A stretch of 59,200 nt of DNA from Patescibacteria group bacterium (GCA_034678605.1 JAXDBQ010000020.1:1-59200), one strand, 5' to 3'. Positions 9,562-21,247 are shown, numbered from the stretch's first letter. A program made the numbers and translations. The notes: generated by a model not told the origin, from the letters alone.

Positions 9562-9930
9562 TCATTTCAATAATCTCTTTTGCCGGCCGGCGGCTCGATC
9601 TTTCATTATCAAATTGATCTTTTCTTTTAATTCGGGAATATCGCTTTTTGCAACAATCCAAACTTTTTTGACATCTATGCCAAAATATTCATGGATCAAA
9701 ACATTTCTCATCCCCGCAATCTTTTTCCAGGGAATTTCTTTGTGCGATTCCTTGAAATCTTGAGGTAATCTTTTTACCGCTTCGCCCATATTTTCAATCC
9801 GTTTAAAAACCGCGTCCTGCGTCTTTTTATCGGCAAAAAAATGTTTTTCGTCGAAACCTTTAACATATTCTTGAATCATCTCAATTGATTCAAAAATATC
9901 ATCGATCAAAATTTGCGGATCTTTTCTCAT
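9562..9930 (-). CDS. HepT-like HEPN RNase toxin (DUF86)
   Basis: IPWKKIAGMRNVLIHEYFGID (RxxxxH motif). Start reassigned to MRKDPQ, giving an ATGA overlap with the upstream MNT gene. Confidence 0.92.
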   Translation of the reverse strand: MRKDPQILIDDIFESIEMIQEYVKGFDEKHFFADKKTQDAVFKRIENMGEAVKRLPQDFKESHKEIPWKKIAGMRNVLIHEYFGIDVKKVWIVAKSDIPELKEKINLIMKDRAAGRQKRLLK

Positions 9931-10223
9931 AATATGGGCACTTGCTGGCTTAAAATTTGACTTTTCAATTTGGGATGGATGCATTCATATTCAACCAAGT
10001 CAACTCTTTTACCGAATAATTCCTCCAAGTCAACGCTCAACCCGCCCAAATCCATTAATGTGCGGCCATCTTCCAATTCAACCAAAAAATCAATATCGCT
10101 GTTCTTTTTGGCATCGCCCCGGGCGCGCGACCCAAAAACCGCGGCCCGCTTGACCCCGTATCGCTTGAAAATCTCATTCATCTTTTCCCGATTTTTATCA
10201 TTGATAAACCCCGCCTTTTTCAT
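9927..10223 (-). CDS. Minimal nucleotidyltransferase (MNT) antitoxin
   Basis: VFGSRARGDAKKNSDIDFLVE (GSx10DxD), GKRVDLV. Confidence 0.92.
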   Translation of the reverse strand: MKKAGFINDKNREKMNEIFKRYGVKRAAVFGSRARGDAKKNSDIDFLVELEDGRTLMDLGGLSVDLEELFGKRVDLVEYECIHPKLKSQILSQQVPIL

Positions 10224-10252
10224 GTTTTTATCTTACCACAGCCACAGGAACT

Positions 10253-10281
10253 AAAAAAGTCCGGTTGCCCGGACTCTTTTT
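10253..10281 (-). terminator. Intrinsic terminator after rplK
   Basis: Minus strand AGTCCGG-GCAA-CCGGACT followed by a T-run. Confidence 0.8.
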
Positions 10282-10317
10282 GGTCTTTGTTAACTATTAA
10301 CAATTAGCAATTAGCGA

Positions 10318-10740
10318 TTATTCGACTTCGATGCCCATGCCGCGGGCGGTGCCGGCGATGGTTTTCATCGCGCCCTCCACGGTGGCGGCGTTAAGGTCCG
10401 GCATTTTTTGCTCGGCGATCTGGCGCAATTGCGCCTGGGTGATCTTGCCCGCTTTTTTGGTATTGGGCTTGCCCGAGCCCTTTTCAACGCCGGCGGCTTT
10501 TTTCAAAAGCTCGCTGGCGGGCGGCTGTTTAAGGCGCAATGAAAAACTGCGGTCTTCGTAAACCGTGATCTCCACCGGCACCTTAAAGCCCATCATCGGC
10601 CGGCTCATGTCGTTGAATTGTTTCACGAATTCGGCCAAATTGATGCCGTGCGGCGCCAAACTGGGGCCGATCGGCGGCGCCGGCGTGGCCTTGCCGGCCT
10701 GAATTTGCAACACCAATATCTTTTTTACCTTTTTTGCCAT
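10318..10740 (-). CDS. rplK: 50S ribosomal protein L11
   Basis: [28 protein letters not shown]. Start at MAKKVKK. Confidence 0.98.
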   Translation of the reverse strand: MAKKVKKILVLQIQAGKATPAPPIGPSLAPHGINLAEFVKQFNDMSRPMMGFKVPVEITVYEDRSFSLRLKQPPASELLKKAAGVEKGSGKPNTKKAGKITQAQLRQIAEQKMPDLNAATVEGAMKTIAGTARGMGIEVE

Positions 10741-10904
10741 ATAACTTGCTTCGCAAGAAATCCGAATATCGAATTTCGAAATCCGAAACAAATTCCAATT
10801 TTCAAAATTTAAATTGTTAAAACGGAATTCGTTTAGAACATTCGAATTTTGAACCTTCGATATTGTTTCGAATTTCGAGCTTCGAATTTCGATATTTCTG
10901 AAAT

Positions 10905-11450
10905 TTAGATTTTCTTGATTTGCAACGAGTCCAATTCCACCGGCGTGTCGCGGCCAAACATATTCACCAGCACCTTCACTTTGCCGCGTTCGCGGTCGAT
11001 TTCGCTCACCTTGCCTTCAAAATCTTTAAACGGCCCGTCCACCACCTTCACCAATTCGCCAATGCTCAATTCGATATTGAATTCCGGTTCGGACATTTCC
11101 ATCCGCCGCTTCAAATCGGCGATCTCTTCGGCCGATACCGGGATGGGCGTGGTGCCCGCGCCCACAAACCCCGTCACATTGGGCGTGTTGCGCACCACAT
11201 ACCACGAATCATCGGTCACGATCATTTCCACCAGAATATATCCCGGATAAATTTTTTCCTCGGTAGTCTTGCGTTTGCCCTCTTTGATCTTGATCTTTTT
11301 TTCCTTGGGCACGATCACATTAAAGATCTTGTCCTCCATTCCCAATGATTCGATCCGCTGTTTAAGGTTTTTGGCCACCGCTTCTTCATAACCCGAATAG
11401 GTATGGATCACATACCAGTTTTTTTCGGGCATTATTTGTTGTTTTGCCAT
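10905..11450 (-). CDS. nusG: Transcription termination/antitermination factor NusG
   Basis: [36 protein letters not shown] motif [21 protein letters not shown]. Confidence 0.98.
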   Translation of the reverse strand: MAKQQIMPEKNWYVIHTYSGYEEAVAKNLKQRIESLGMEDKIFNVIVPKEKKIKIKEGKRKTTEEKIYPGYILVEMIVTDDSWYVVRNTPNVTGFVGAGTTPIPVSAEEIADLKRRMEMSEPEFNIELSIGELVKVVDGPFKDFEGKVSEIDRERGKVKVLVNMFGRDTPVELDSLQIKKI

Positions 11451-11505
11451 ATTAAAAACTTAAAGTGTAAAACTTAAAGCGCAAAGCAAAAAATCCGGCA
11501 AACAC

Positions 11506-11703
11506 CTACTGGCCAATGACGAATTTTTGCAACAGCGCGCCCAACCCCCAATCAAGAGTGCCAAAAAACGCCGCCGTGGCCAAGATCGCGCCGATCACCA
11601 CCAATGTGTAGTTGGCCAATTGCCGCCGCGTGAGCCAGTTGACCTTTTTCATTTCCGCGCGCGTCTCCTTCAAAAATTTGATGATGAAATTAACAATATC
11701 CAT
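11506..11703 (-). CDS. secE: Preprotein translocase subunit SecE
   Basis: FLKETRAEMKKVNWLTR plus one TM helix; directly upstream of nusG. Confidence 0.93.
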   Translation of the reverse strand: MDIVNFIIKFLKETRAEMKKVNWLTRRQLANYTLVVIGAILATAAFFGTLDWGLGALLQKFVIGQ

Positions 11704-11921
11704 TGCTTTAATGAATCCGCATCCCAATGATTATACGATTCAATGATTATATGATTATACGTTTCTATGATTAGCGAAGCGTATGCTTAAATGTTTAAAT
11801 GATTATATGCCTTTCCCGTCTTAAAAAAGCCCCGCGGGCTCTGTACCCCCATAATACCAAACATTCCCCCAAATGTCAAAATATGTTGCGTAGCCCCGCT
11901 TGTTGGGAATTTGCATTTTAT

Positions 11922-11959
11922 AAGGTCGTTCCTCGCGGTAATCGGCGAGGTGCGACCTT
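11922..11959. repeat. REP-like hairpin variant
   Basis: AAGGTCGTTCCTCGC-GGTAATCG-GCGAGGTGCGACCTT; same GTCGTT...TGCGAC frame as 46048-46092. Confidence 0.6.
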
Positions 11960-11983
11960 GGCCAACTTGTATTTTATTTGAAT

Positions 11984-12460
11984 TTAACTATTTATTTTTC
12001 GCATCGCCTCCGATTGCTTCTTTTGCAATTTTTTTAATGATTTAAGAATATCATCTTGCAATTCAATATATTCCAATTCAAATCCCCATTCATTAAGGCA
12101 AGCCGCCATCCAATTGCTTGAATTTCGAAAATTAAAATAATCAAAAGCATCATGATCGCAGAACAACAACGCTTTTGTCAATTTTCTTTTTAATTTTTTT
12201 TCAAGAAATAAAAGCTTTGCGGCATCTTTCATTATTTTCGCCTTTTGCGCGGCCTTGGGCTTGCCAATATGCGCCCACGCTTCGCACGCTATACCGCTTT
12301 CTTCAGAATAGCCATCGACTTCAATTCTAATTTCATCAAAATTAAATGTTTTTTTATCGAGTTCTTTTATATTTTTCCTATTCGAATACGAAAAAACCAT
12401 TTTCCTCTCAGCATTAATTTGCGCGTTCGAACCGCTTTTTTTCTTTTTTCGATTTGCCAT
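11984..12460 (-). CDS. Hypothetical protein, possible PD-(D/E)xK nuclease fold
   Basis: AT-rich ORF 12 nt after the gyrB stop; IEVDGY...ACEAWAH...QKAKIMKD pattern resembles restriction-endonuclease-like folds. Confidence 0.55.
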   Translation of the reverse strand: MANRKKKKSGSNAQINAERKMVFSYSNRKNIKELDKKTFNFDEIRIEVDGYSEESGIACEAWAHIGKPKAAQKAKIMKDAAKLLFLEKKLKRKLTKALLFCDHDAFDYFNFRNSSNWMAACLNEWGFELEYIELQDDILKSLKKLQKKQSEAMRKINS

Positions 12461-12472
12461 CTTGTAATATAA

Positions 12473-14488
<2,016 letters not shown>

Positions 14489-14492
14489 GATT

Positions 14493-16523
14493 TTACTTTT
14501 TAACGCGCCAGTCCGGATTTTTTTCAATCGCCGCGATTGATTTTTCCTGCCAAGCGGCAATCTCTTTGGCGTCCAATGTTTTATTTTTCGCCCGCAAATG
14601 GAACCGGAACAAAATATTTTTTATTTTTTTGTCGGGATAAACATAGGGCGCGTCCGGAATTTCAAAATTTTCGATCAGCTTTAAATCATCGGCGCTTTTT
14701 ATCGCGCCGGCAACATCCGCCGCTAAGGTTTCAACCGGCATATCCACCGAAATATCGCGCCCGGCCTCGGGATGAAAAGACAATGGTTGATACTCGATTT
14801 TTTCACTGGCCAATTCGGCCATGGCATCAACGCTCAACTCGAAAACCATCAACGGCTCGATCATCAGATTTCTAGCGATCGCGGGACTAACCATTCCCAC
14901 CGCGCCGATCTCTTTTTTGCCGGCAACGATATTGGCGCTTTGTTTTCCGTCAAAATAATCGCGCGGTTCGGCCAACGGCAAAAATTCAACTTTGGCAATC
15001 CCCAATTTTTGAAAAACAAATTCCAGCGCGCCTTTAACTTGCCAAAAATCACCGGCCTTGGAAAATCCGGCCAGCATCACCGGCTCATCGCGCTTGTTTT
15101 GGGCAAACGCCCGACCGATCTCAAATTGATTCAACTGGCGATGATTGTGGTTTTTACAAATATTTTTCAAAAGATTAACCAATAGGGTCGGCCGCAAAAA
15201 CCGCAAATCCGCGTTCACCGGATTGGCCACCTCCAACAACATTTTACCGTCAATGGCGAAATTTTGACAATCATTATCGGAAATAAATGAATAATTGCGC
15301 GTTTCGGAATATCCCGCGCAGATCATAGCATCTTTAATCTTGTTTTTCCACTGCCAAAAATAATTCTTTTGGGGAGGGGTAATCGGCCCGCATGGAATTT
15401 GCGGCGCCACCAAGTCATAGCCCGCGATCCGGCCGATCTCTTCGACCAAATCCTCGGCAAAATTAATGTCCGATCGCCGCGCGGGAATCAAGACCTCGAT
15501 ATTGACCGCGCCAACTTTGCGCGCCGCCAAGCCAAGCGCTTCCAAATGCTTTTTAACTTGCGCGCTTTGAATCGGCCGGCCCAAAATTTTCTCGGCTTTT
15601 TCCAAATTCAAAATTATTTTTTTTGATTTTGGCAGATTGCCGCTTTTATCCGCCGCGCCGGCCAAAATTTGCCCGCCGGCAACTTTTTCCACGATTTGGC
15701 AAACCCGGCGGCAAACCTCCAAAGTTTGGCTTGGATCCAGATTGTGCTCAAACCGCGTCGACGCGTCCGTGGCCAAGCCCAAAGCGCGGCCGGCCCGGCG
15801 CACCGATTTGGGATTGAAATTAGCCGATTCAAGCACGATGGCCGCGGTTTGAGAATCGATTTCGGCCCGTTTGCCGCCTTTGATGCCCGCAACCGCCAAC
15901 GGTCCGGTCTCATCGGCGATCAGCAAAATTTCGGGCGTTAAATTATAGATTTTTCCGTCCAATGACTCCAATTTCTCGCCTTTTTTGGCCAACCGCACGA
16001 TAATCTTTTTGACTTTGGTTTTCGAGGCCGCGTTTTGCAATTTATCCCAATCAAACGCGTGCAATGGCTGGCCGGTTTCCAACATCACATAATTGGTGGC
16101 ATCCACCACATTGTTGATCGACCGCAGGCCGCAGGCCTCCAAGCGGCGCGCCAGCCAATCCGGCGATTTTGCCACTTTGATCCCAACCATCACCATGGCC
16201 GTGTAGCGCGGGCAAATCTCGGGATTTTTCACCTCCACCGCCACCATTGATTTGGCCGCCCCCGCTTTTTTGGCCGCCACCGGTTTTATCTTATAAAAAT
16301 TCGGTTTGTGGCCCAAAATCGCGCCGATTTCCCGCGCCAAGCCGACGTGCGACCGGCAATCCGGCCGGTTGGAAAGAATATTCACGTCGATTACCCAATC
16401 GTTTTTCTTTTTTTCCAAGCCCTCAACCTCAAAACCGTGCTTGAGGATCAAGCGCGCCAGCTCCGCGGCCGGGGGCAGTTTTTTATTGAAAAATGATTGA
16501 AGCCATTCGTAACTAAACTTCAT
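14493..16523 (-). CDS. pheT: Phenylalanine--tRNA ligase beta subunit (short, apparently lacking the B2 OB-fold)
   Basis: NRPDCRSHVGLAREI, INNVVDATNYVMLETGQPLHAFD, LESANF, ASTRFE, DLVEEIGRI. Confidence 0.95.
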   Translation of the reverse strand: MKFSYEWLQSFFNKKLPPAAELARLILKHGFEVEGLEKKKNDWVIDVNILSNRPDCRSHVGLAREIGAILGHKPNFYKIKPVAAKKAGAAKSMVAVEVKNPEICPRYTAMVMVGIKVAKSPDWLARRLEACGLRSINNVVDATNYVMLETGQPLHAFDWDKLQNAASKTKVKKIIVRLAKKGEKLESLDGKIYNLTPEILLIADETGPLAVAGIKGGKRAEIDSQTAAIVLESANFNPKSVRRAGRALGLATDASTRFEHNLDPSQTLEVCRRVCQIVEKVAGGQILAGAADKSGNLPKSKKIILNLEKAEKILGRPIQSAQVKKHLEALGLAARKVGAVNIEVLIPARRSDINFAEDLVEEIGRIAGYDLVAPQIPCGPITPPQKNYFWQWKNKIKDAMICAGYSETRNYSFISDNDCQNFAIDGKMLLEVANPVNADLRFLRPTLLVNLLKNICKNHNHRQLNQFEIGRAFAQNKRDEPVMLAGFSKAGDFWQVKGALEFVFQKLGIAKVEFLPLAEPRDYFDGKQSANIVAGKKEIGAVGMVSPAIARNLMIEPLMVFELSVDAMAELASEKIEYQPLSFHPEAGRDISVDMPVETLAADVAGAIKSADDLKLIENFEIPDAPYVYPDKKIKNILFRFHLRAKNKTLDAKEIAAWQEKSIAAIEKNPDWRVKK

Positions 16524-16635
16524 AAATTCGTGATTTAAGATTTATGATTTAAGATTTAAGAATAAATTCGAATTTAAAATCATAAATCCTAAATCTTAAA
16601 TCCGCATTTTTCCGCTTTTTAAACCAATTTTGTAA

Positions 16636-17718
16636 TCAAAATTGGTTTAAAAATCTTTGGTTGCCGTCATAGAACAGCCGGATATCATTGATCTTGTATT
16701 TTATCATCGCCAAGCGGTCCATGCCGATGCCGAACGCGAACCCCTGCCACAGGTCGGGATCAACCCCGGAATTTTTCAACACGTTGGGATGCACCATGCC
16801 CGCGCCCATCACCTCCATCCAGCCGGTGCCTTTGCATGCCGGACAGCCGCGTCCGGCGCAATTCACGCATTTCAAGTCAACCTCGAACGACGGCTCGGTG
16901 AACGGAAAAAACGACGGCCGCAAGCGAATATTCTCCTTATCGGCGGCAGAGCTGCCTTTTCCCTTGGCATTATTTTGGCCGCATTCGGTTTCGGAATCGC
17001 AAAAAAATTGCTTGAAAAACTCATCGATCACCGCCTTGAAATTAGCCACCGAAATGTCTTTATCCACCATCAAACCCTCGATTTGGTAAAAATTGGGCAT
17101 ATGGGAAGCGTCCACCGCATCGCGCCGAAAAACCCGGCCCGGCACGATAATCCGCAAGGGCGGTTGATGGCTTTCCATGTAGCGCACCTGGCCCGGACTG
17201 GTGTGCGGCCGCAGGCACAGCCCGCCGCCCAAAAACAGCGCGTCAAATACGTCGCGCGCCGGATGCTCGGCCGGAATATTAAGGGCGTCGAAATTATACC
17301 ATTCGGTTTCGCACTCGCGGCTTTCCACCACTTCAAATCCCATACCATGAAAAATTTCCGCGATCTGGCGTTCCACTAAAGTGAACGGGTGCAAATGTCC
17401 GATATTGGGCAAAATTCCGGGCAAGGTTGGGTCAAAAAATTCATCGCCCCCAATCGATGTCCCATCATTTTTCTTCAATTCGGCCATTTTCTGTTCATAA
17501 ACCGCGGCAATCTCTTTTTTGACCTCGTTGGCCTTCACCCCGGCCGCCACCCGCTCTTCTTTTGACAATTGCCCCAATGATTTAAAAAAGTTGCCCAAAA
17601 CCCCCTCCTTGTCAAGGTATTTTTTGCCAACCAAAACCAGCCCATTTTCATCATGAGCCACGTTGATCTCATCTATCGCTTCCATTTTAATTTTTTCCAA
17701 ATCCAAACCCGCCATCAT
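16636..17718 (-). CDS. pheS: Phenylalanine--tRNA ligase alpha subunit
   Basis: GHLHP, NFDALNIPAEHPARD, LRPHTSPGQ, GRVFRRD, FPFTEPS, GAGMVHP, FAFGIGMDRLAM. Confidence 0.98.
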   Translation of the reverse strand: MMAGLDLEKIKMEAIDEINVAHDENGLVLVGKKYLDKEGVLGNFFKSLGQLSKEERVAAGVKANEVKKEIAAVYEQKMAELKKNDGTSIGGDEFFDPTLPGILPNIGHLHPFTLVERQIAEIFHGMGFEVVESRECETEWYNFDALNIPAEHPARDVFDALFLGGGLCLRPHTSPGQVRYMESHQPPLRIIVPGRVFRRDAVDASHMPNFYQIEGLMVDKDISVANFKAVIDEFFKQFFCDSETECGQNNAKGKGSSAADKENIRLRPSFFPFTEPSFEVDLKCVNCAGRGCPACKGTGWMEVMGAGMVHPNVLKNSGVDPDLWQGFAFGIGMDRLAMIKYKINDIRLFYDGNQRFLNQF

Positions 17719-17822
17719 TTTCTTGATTCGTTTTTTTATCTATTTTCTTTCTCCCCAATAGCCCATTTTACCCCATTTCCCATAAAAAAACAACACTAAC
17801 CCTGGTTAAGAATAAGTGTTAA

Positions 17823-18353
17823 TTATAAAACATCTGCCATTCCCTCACACTCATGGCATAAGTGCAAAACATGCGCACCCGTTGTCGTTTTGCGGCGAAT
17901 CCGTTTATAATCGTCCGTAATTTTACCGCAATAATTGCATTTGACTTTCACCGCTACTTCGCTGTGATTGCAACCTGGACAAACAAGTGCTTTTAATTGC
18001 TTACAACACGCAATCCCTTTTAATTTTTTCTTGTAATAAAACATCCTATCGCCGCATTCCGGGCAAATACAATACGATTCGAGCATCGATCGTCGCGACT
18101 CAAAACTTTTATGATTTCGATAATTTAAACAAATTTTTAAAGTTCTTTTCCTGTTCCATATCAACGGCTCTGCACATTCCGGACATTTATCAAATTTTAA
18201 ATCTATGCGATGTTTTCTAAAAAATAGATAACAAATTTGACAAATTGATTTTCCATTTTCCAACCTATGCAATTTCCGTTTCATGAGCAGATTATTGCAA
18301 TCCTCAACTGCGCAAACACTTAGTTCGTCTCTCATGTGGCTCCAATCCTCCAT
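17823..18353 (-). CDS. Hypothetical multi-zinc-ribbon protein
   Basis: AT-rich 176-aa ORF with several CxxC-type pairs (CQIC, CPEC, CPEC, CPGC, CNYC, CHEC). Confidence 0.65.
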   Translation of the reverse strand: MEDWSHMRDELSVCAVEDCNNLLMKRKLHRLENGKSICQICYLFFRKHRIDLKFDKCPECAEPLIWNRKRTLKICLNYRNHKSFESRRSMLESYCICPECGDRMFYYKKKLKGIACCKQLKALVCPGCNHSEVAVKVKCNYCGKITDDYKRIRRKTTTGAHVLHLCHECEGMADVL

Positions 18354-18510
18354 GATTTCTAAAATTCTCTTTTGAAATGCAACTTAATCGCTTGCTGTTT
18401 TCATAACACCAAATCACGCTTTTGTCAAATTAACCACCTAATTTGACGGAACCAAAATCAATTGAAACCAAATTTCAACAATCCGAAAGAACGAGGTTTA
18501 TATTTTGATG

Positions 18511-18582
18511 AGCCGACGAAGGGATTCGAACCCCCGGCCTACTGTTTACAAAACAGTTGCTCTGCCACTGAGCTACGTCGGC
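18511..18582 (-). tRNA. tRNA-Thr(UGU), CCA not encoded
   Basis: GCCGACGTAGCTCAGTGGCAGAGCAACTGTTTTGTAAACAGTAGGCCGGGGGTTCGAATCCCTTCGTCGGC folds as a cloverleaf; anticodon loop TTTGTAA. Confidence 0.97.
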
Positions 18583-18594
18583 GGTAAATAGTTG

Positions 18595-18629
18595 ATGAGT
18601 AATGAGTAATGAGTAATGAGTAATGAGTA
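18595..18629. repeat. Heptamer array (ATGAGTA)x5
   Basis: Five perfect copies just 5' of the tRNA; a degenerate ATGAG-type patch also occurs at about 19462-19495. Confidence 0.85.
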
Positions 18630-18696
18630 AATGCAAATACAAAAATCGGGAACGGGCACGGGATACGCAAAAATTTAGAAAAACAAGATAAGAGGC

Positions 18697-18720
18697 AAAA
18701 ATAGCCGCGCGGCTATTTTT
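18697..18720. terminator. Perfect 24-bp palindrome, bidirectional terminator-like
   Basis: AAAAATAGCCGC|GCGGCTATTTTT. Confidence 0.6.
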
Positions 18721-18739
18721 TTAAAAATATATTTAGATC

Positions 18740-18829
18740 GTTGAATAATCGCCGAATTTTGCCATTTCCACGGATTCGCCAAGTTTAAAATAGTCCGCGA
18801 AATCAATTATTCAACCCTCTCATATTATT
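18740..18829 (-). repeat. Structured repeat, copy 1
   Basis: 18770-18829 matches 20844-20903 at 56/60 nt; closed by a GTTGAATAAT...ATTATTCAAC stem. Confidence 0.85.
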
Positions 18830-19451
18830 ACCAGCGGAAGGGGTCGCCAAAGCGCTTTTTTTTGGCCGGTTGTTTTTTGCGGCCGGCTTGGCGGTTTTGC
18901 CGCGAGGCGGATTGATCATTGGACGCCGCGCGGCCAACTTCAAGCGGCGCGGGCTCCGCGGCCGGCTCCACCCGGCGGAAATAATTTTCAAACGGCGCCT
19001 TGGCGGAATTTTGGCTTTCGCCGCCGATTTTGGTTTCCGCCGGCTTTTGACCGGAATTTTTTTGATCGAAGCGCGGTTTTTTCGCGCGAATGATCGTTTT
19101 TAAATCGCGCCAATACTCGTCAATTTGAGAATCTTTGGTTTTTTGCTGCTGTTCAGCGCGGCTTTTGAGCTTTTGGGTGTAGTCGTTAATCTTGTTTTCG
19201 GTTTTCATCACCACCACTTTCACTTTGAGCAACTGCTTTTGCGCAAAATCAATCCAATTGAAATCCTTGAACCGCGGATGGCGCTTGATTCTCTCCAGCA
19301 GCCAAACTTTGCAACCGCCCAAAAAACCCGCCGCGGGGGTATCGCCGGCAATTTCCAACGACTGGCGCGCCTGAGGCATCTTTTTACTCAAAAGCATCCC
19401 CATTCCGGCAACGCTTCCAAAAAAAACGGCGGCGGCAATAATTTCAACCAT
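18828..19451 (-). CDS. Hypothetical membrane-anchored protein
   Basis: N-terminal hydrophobic helix, helical core, Lys/Arg-rich tail; follows tsf. Confidence 0.7.
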   Translation of the reverse strand: MVEIIAAAVFFGSVAGMGMLLSKKMPQARQSLEIAGDTPAAGFLGGCKVWLLERIKRHPRFKDFNWIDFAQKQLLKVKVVVMKTENKINDYTQKLKSRAEQQQKTKDSQIDEYWRDLKTIIRAKKPRFDQKNSGQKPAETKIGGESQNSAKAPFENYFRRVEPAAEPAPLEVGRAASNDQSASRQNRQAGRKKQPAKKKRFGDPFRW

Positions 19452-19540
19452 AAGAATAGTTAATGAGAGATGAGTTGATGAGTAATGAGAAATACAAATA
19501 CAAATGCGAATGCGAATGCAAACACAAATGCAGAGGCAAA

Positions 19541-19984
19541 TTAGATGGCCAAGCGCACCGCTTTTTTGAGCACGATATTTTCACCCACCTTGGCCACGGT
19601 TTCTTCGATAAGATTTTTCACGGTCTTGGACGAATCCTTGACCCAAGGCAACGCCATCAATATTTCAAGATCGTCGCCGGTGGCGGCCACTTGCAAACAA
19701 AGCTCGTGCGCCAAATTTTTGAAATCATCGGAATTGGCCACAAAATCGGTTTCACAGCGCAACTCCACCAACACTCCCACTTTGCCATTGCCATGAATAT
19801 AGGCCTCCACCTTGCCTTGACCGGTGGCGCGATCGCCTTTTTTGGACGCCATATCCTTGCCCCACTTTTTCAAGATCTCTTTGGCTTTTTCGATCGAACC
19901 GCCCTCTTCCAATGCCTTTTTGCATTCGCCGATCGAAATTCCGGTTTCGTCGCGAAGCTGCTTGATAAGTTCAATATTAACCAT
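19541..19984 (-). CDS. tsf: Elongation factor Ts (short form)
   Basis: IKQLRDETG...ECKKAL, AYIHGNGKVGVLVELRCETDFVA, VGENIV. Confidence 0.95.
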   Translation of the reverse strand: MVNIELIKQLRDETGISIGECKKALEEGGSIEKAKEILKKWGKDMASKKGDRATGQGKVEAYIHGNGKVGVLVELRCETDFVANSDDFKNLAHELCLQVAATGDDLEILMALPWVKDSSKTVKNLIEETVAKVGENIVLKKAVRLAI

Positions 19985-20071
19985 TTTAAAAGATTTATGA
20001 TTTATGATTTAGGATTTAAGAATAAACGCATTTAAAATCATAAATCTTAATTCTTAAATCTTAAATCTGTT

Positions 20072-20785
20072 TTACTTAGTTCCAAGTATTTTGCTGTCGG
20101 AAATTTGTTTGCCGGCCAAAACCGCTTCCTTTATCTTGTTCAAGATATAGGTTGCCGACGACATCGAATCGTCATTGGCGATGATCGGATAATCGGCGAT
20201 GTCCGGATCGATATTCACATCGGCCACGCCGATAACTTTAATGCCGTTTTCGCGCGCTTCCTTGACCGCCAATTTGTCTTTTTCCATATCAAGCACAAAA
20301 ACCGCGTCGGGCATTTTATCCATGGTTTTGATGCCGCCCAGCTTTTTTTCCAATGTCTTGATTTCTTTTTGGATGCCGGCCTGTTCTTTTTTGGTGTATT
20401 TTTCAAACTCGCCGGCCACGGTCTTGCGCTCCAATTCCTTGAAATAATCAATCCGTTTTTTGATGATCTTGAAATTGGTAAACGCGCCGCCAAGCCATCT
20501 TTCGTTCACATACGGCATGCCCATGGCGATGGCGTTTTCCTTAACGATCCGCTTAAACTGGGTTTTGGTTCCCACGATCAAGATCGTCTTGCCTTCGGCG
20601 GCAAGATCGCGCATAAAATCCAACGCCGCTTCGAATTTATCCTTGGTTTTTTCCAAATCGATCACGAAAATCGTATTGCGCACCCCCGCCAAAAACGGCT
20701 TCATTTTTGGATGAATCTTGGCCTTCCGATGTCCGAATTGCAAACCGGCCCGGCTCATTTCTTCAACTGATAAATTTGCTTCCAT
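20072..20785 (-). CDS. rpsB: 30S ribosomal protein S2
   Basis: AGLQFGH, ILIVGTK, YVNERWLGGAFTNF, ANDDS. Confidence 0.98.
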   Translation of the reverse strand: MEANLSVEEMSRAGLQFGHRKAKIHPKMKPFLAGVRNTIFVIDLEKTKDKFEAALDFMRDLAAEGKTILIVGTKTQFKRIVKENAIAMGMPYVNERWLGGAFTNFKIIKKRIDYFKELERKTVAGEFEKYTKKEQAGIQKEIKTLEKKLGGIKTMDKMPDAVFVLDMEKDKLAVKEARENGIKVIGVADVNIDPDIADYPIIANDDSMSSATYILNKIKEAVLAGKQISDSKILGTK

Positions 20786-20809
20786 ATGATTTTTCTCTGT
20801 TTATTTTTA

Positions 20810-20903
20810 GAGTGTCGAATAATTGCCTAATTTTATTGTTTTTACGGATTCGCCAAGTTTAAAATATCCCGCGAAATCAATTATTCAACGCTCTCATGTT
20901 ATT
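20810..20903 (-). repeat. Structured repeat, copy 2, in the rpsB 5' leader
   Basis: Minus strand GAGCGUUGAAUAAUUG...CAAUUAUUCGACACUC forms a 16-position stem with one mismatch and one G-U pair, ending 25 nt before the rpsB ATG. Confidence 0.8.
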
Positions 20904-21019
20904 TTTTATCAAATTTTTGACCACATCGTAATTAATAACATAATTTACGGCTTCTTGCAAATTTTGGCGCCATGATATATACTGGTTTTGTCGCCAAAGA
21001 TGGAATTTACCCAAAAACT

Positions 21020-21247
21020 ATGAAAAAAGACATTCATCCCAAATATTACCCCGAGGCGCAAGTAAAGTGCTCGTGCGGCAAAAGCTATCGCATGGGATCG
21101 CCCAAAGAATACGCCGAAACCGAAACTTGTTCGGCTTGCCATCCGTTCTACACCGGCAAAGCCCGCTTGGTGACCGCGATGGGCCGGGTTGATAAATTCT
21201 TGAAAAAGGTGGCCAAAAAAGAAACCTTGCGCAAAAAAGCCAAGTAG
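21020..21247 (+). CDS. rpmE: 50S ribosomal protein L31 (Zn-binding form)
   Basis: MKKDIHPKY, CSCG, CSACHPFYTGK. Confidence 0.96.
   Translation: MKKDIHPKYYPEAQVKCSCGKSYRMGSPKEYAETETCSACHPFYTGKARLVTAMGRVDKFLKKVAKKETLRKKAK

Noticed and set aside
18511-18582. tRNA-Thr as an integration site for the zinc-ribbon gene
   Set aside because: No duplicated tRNA 3' end or integrase was found downstream.
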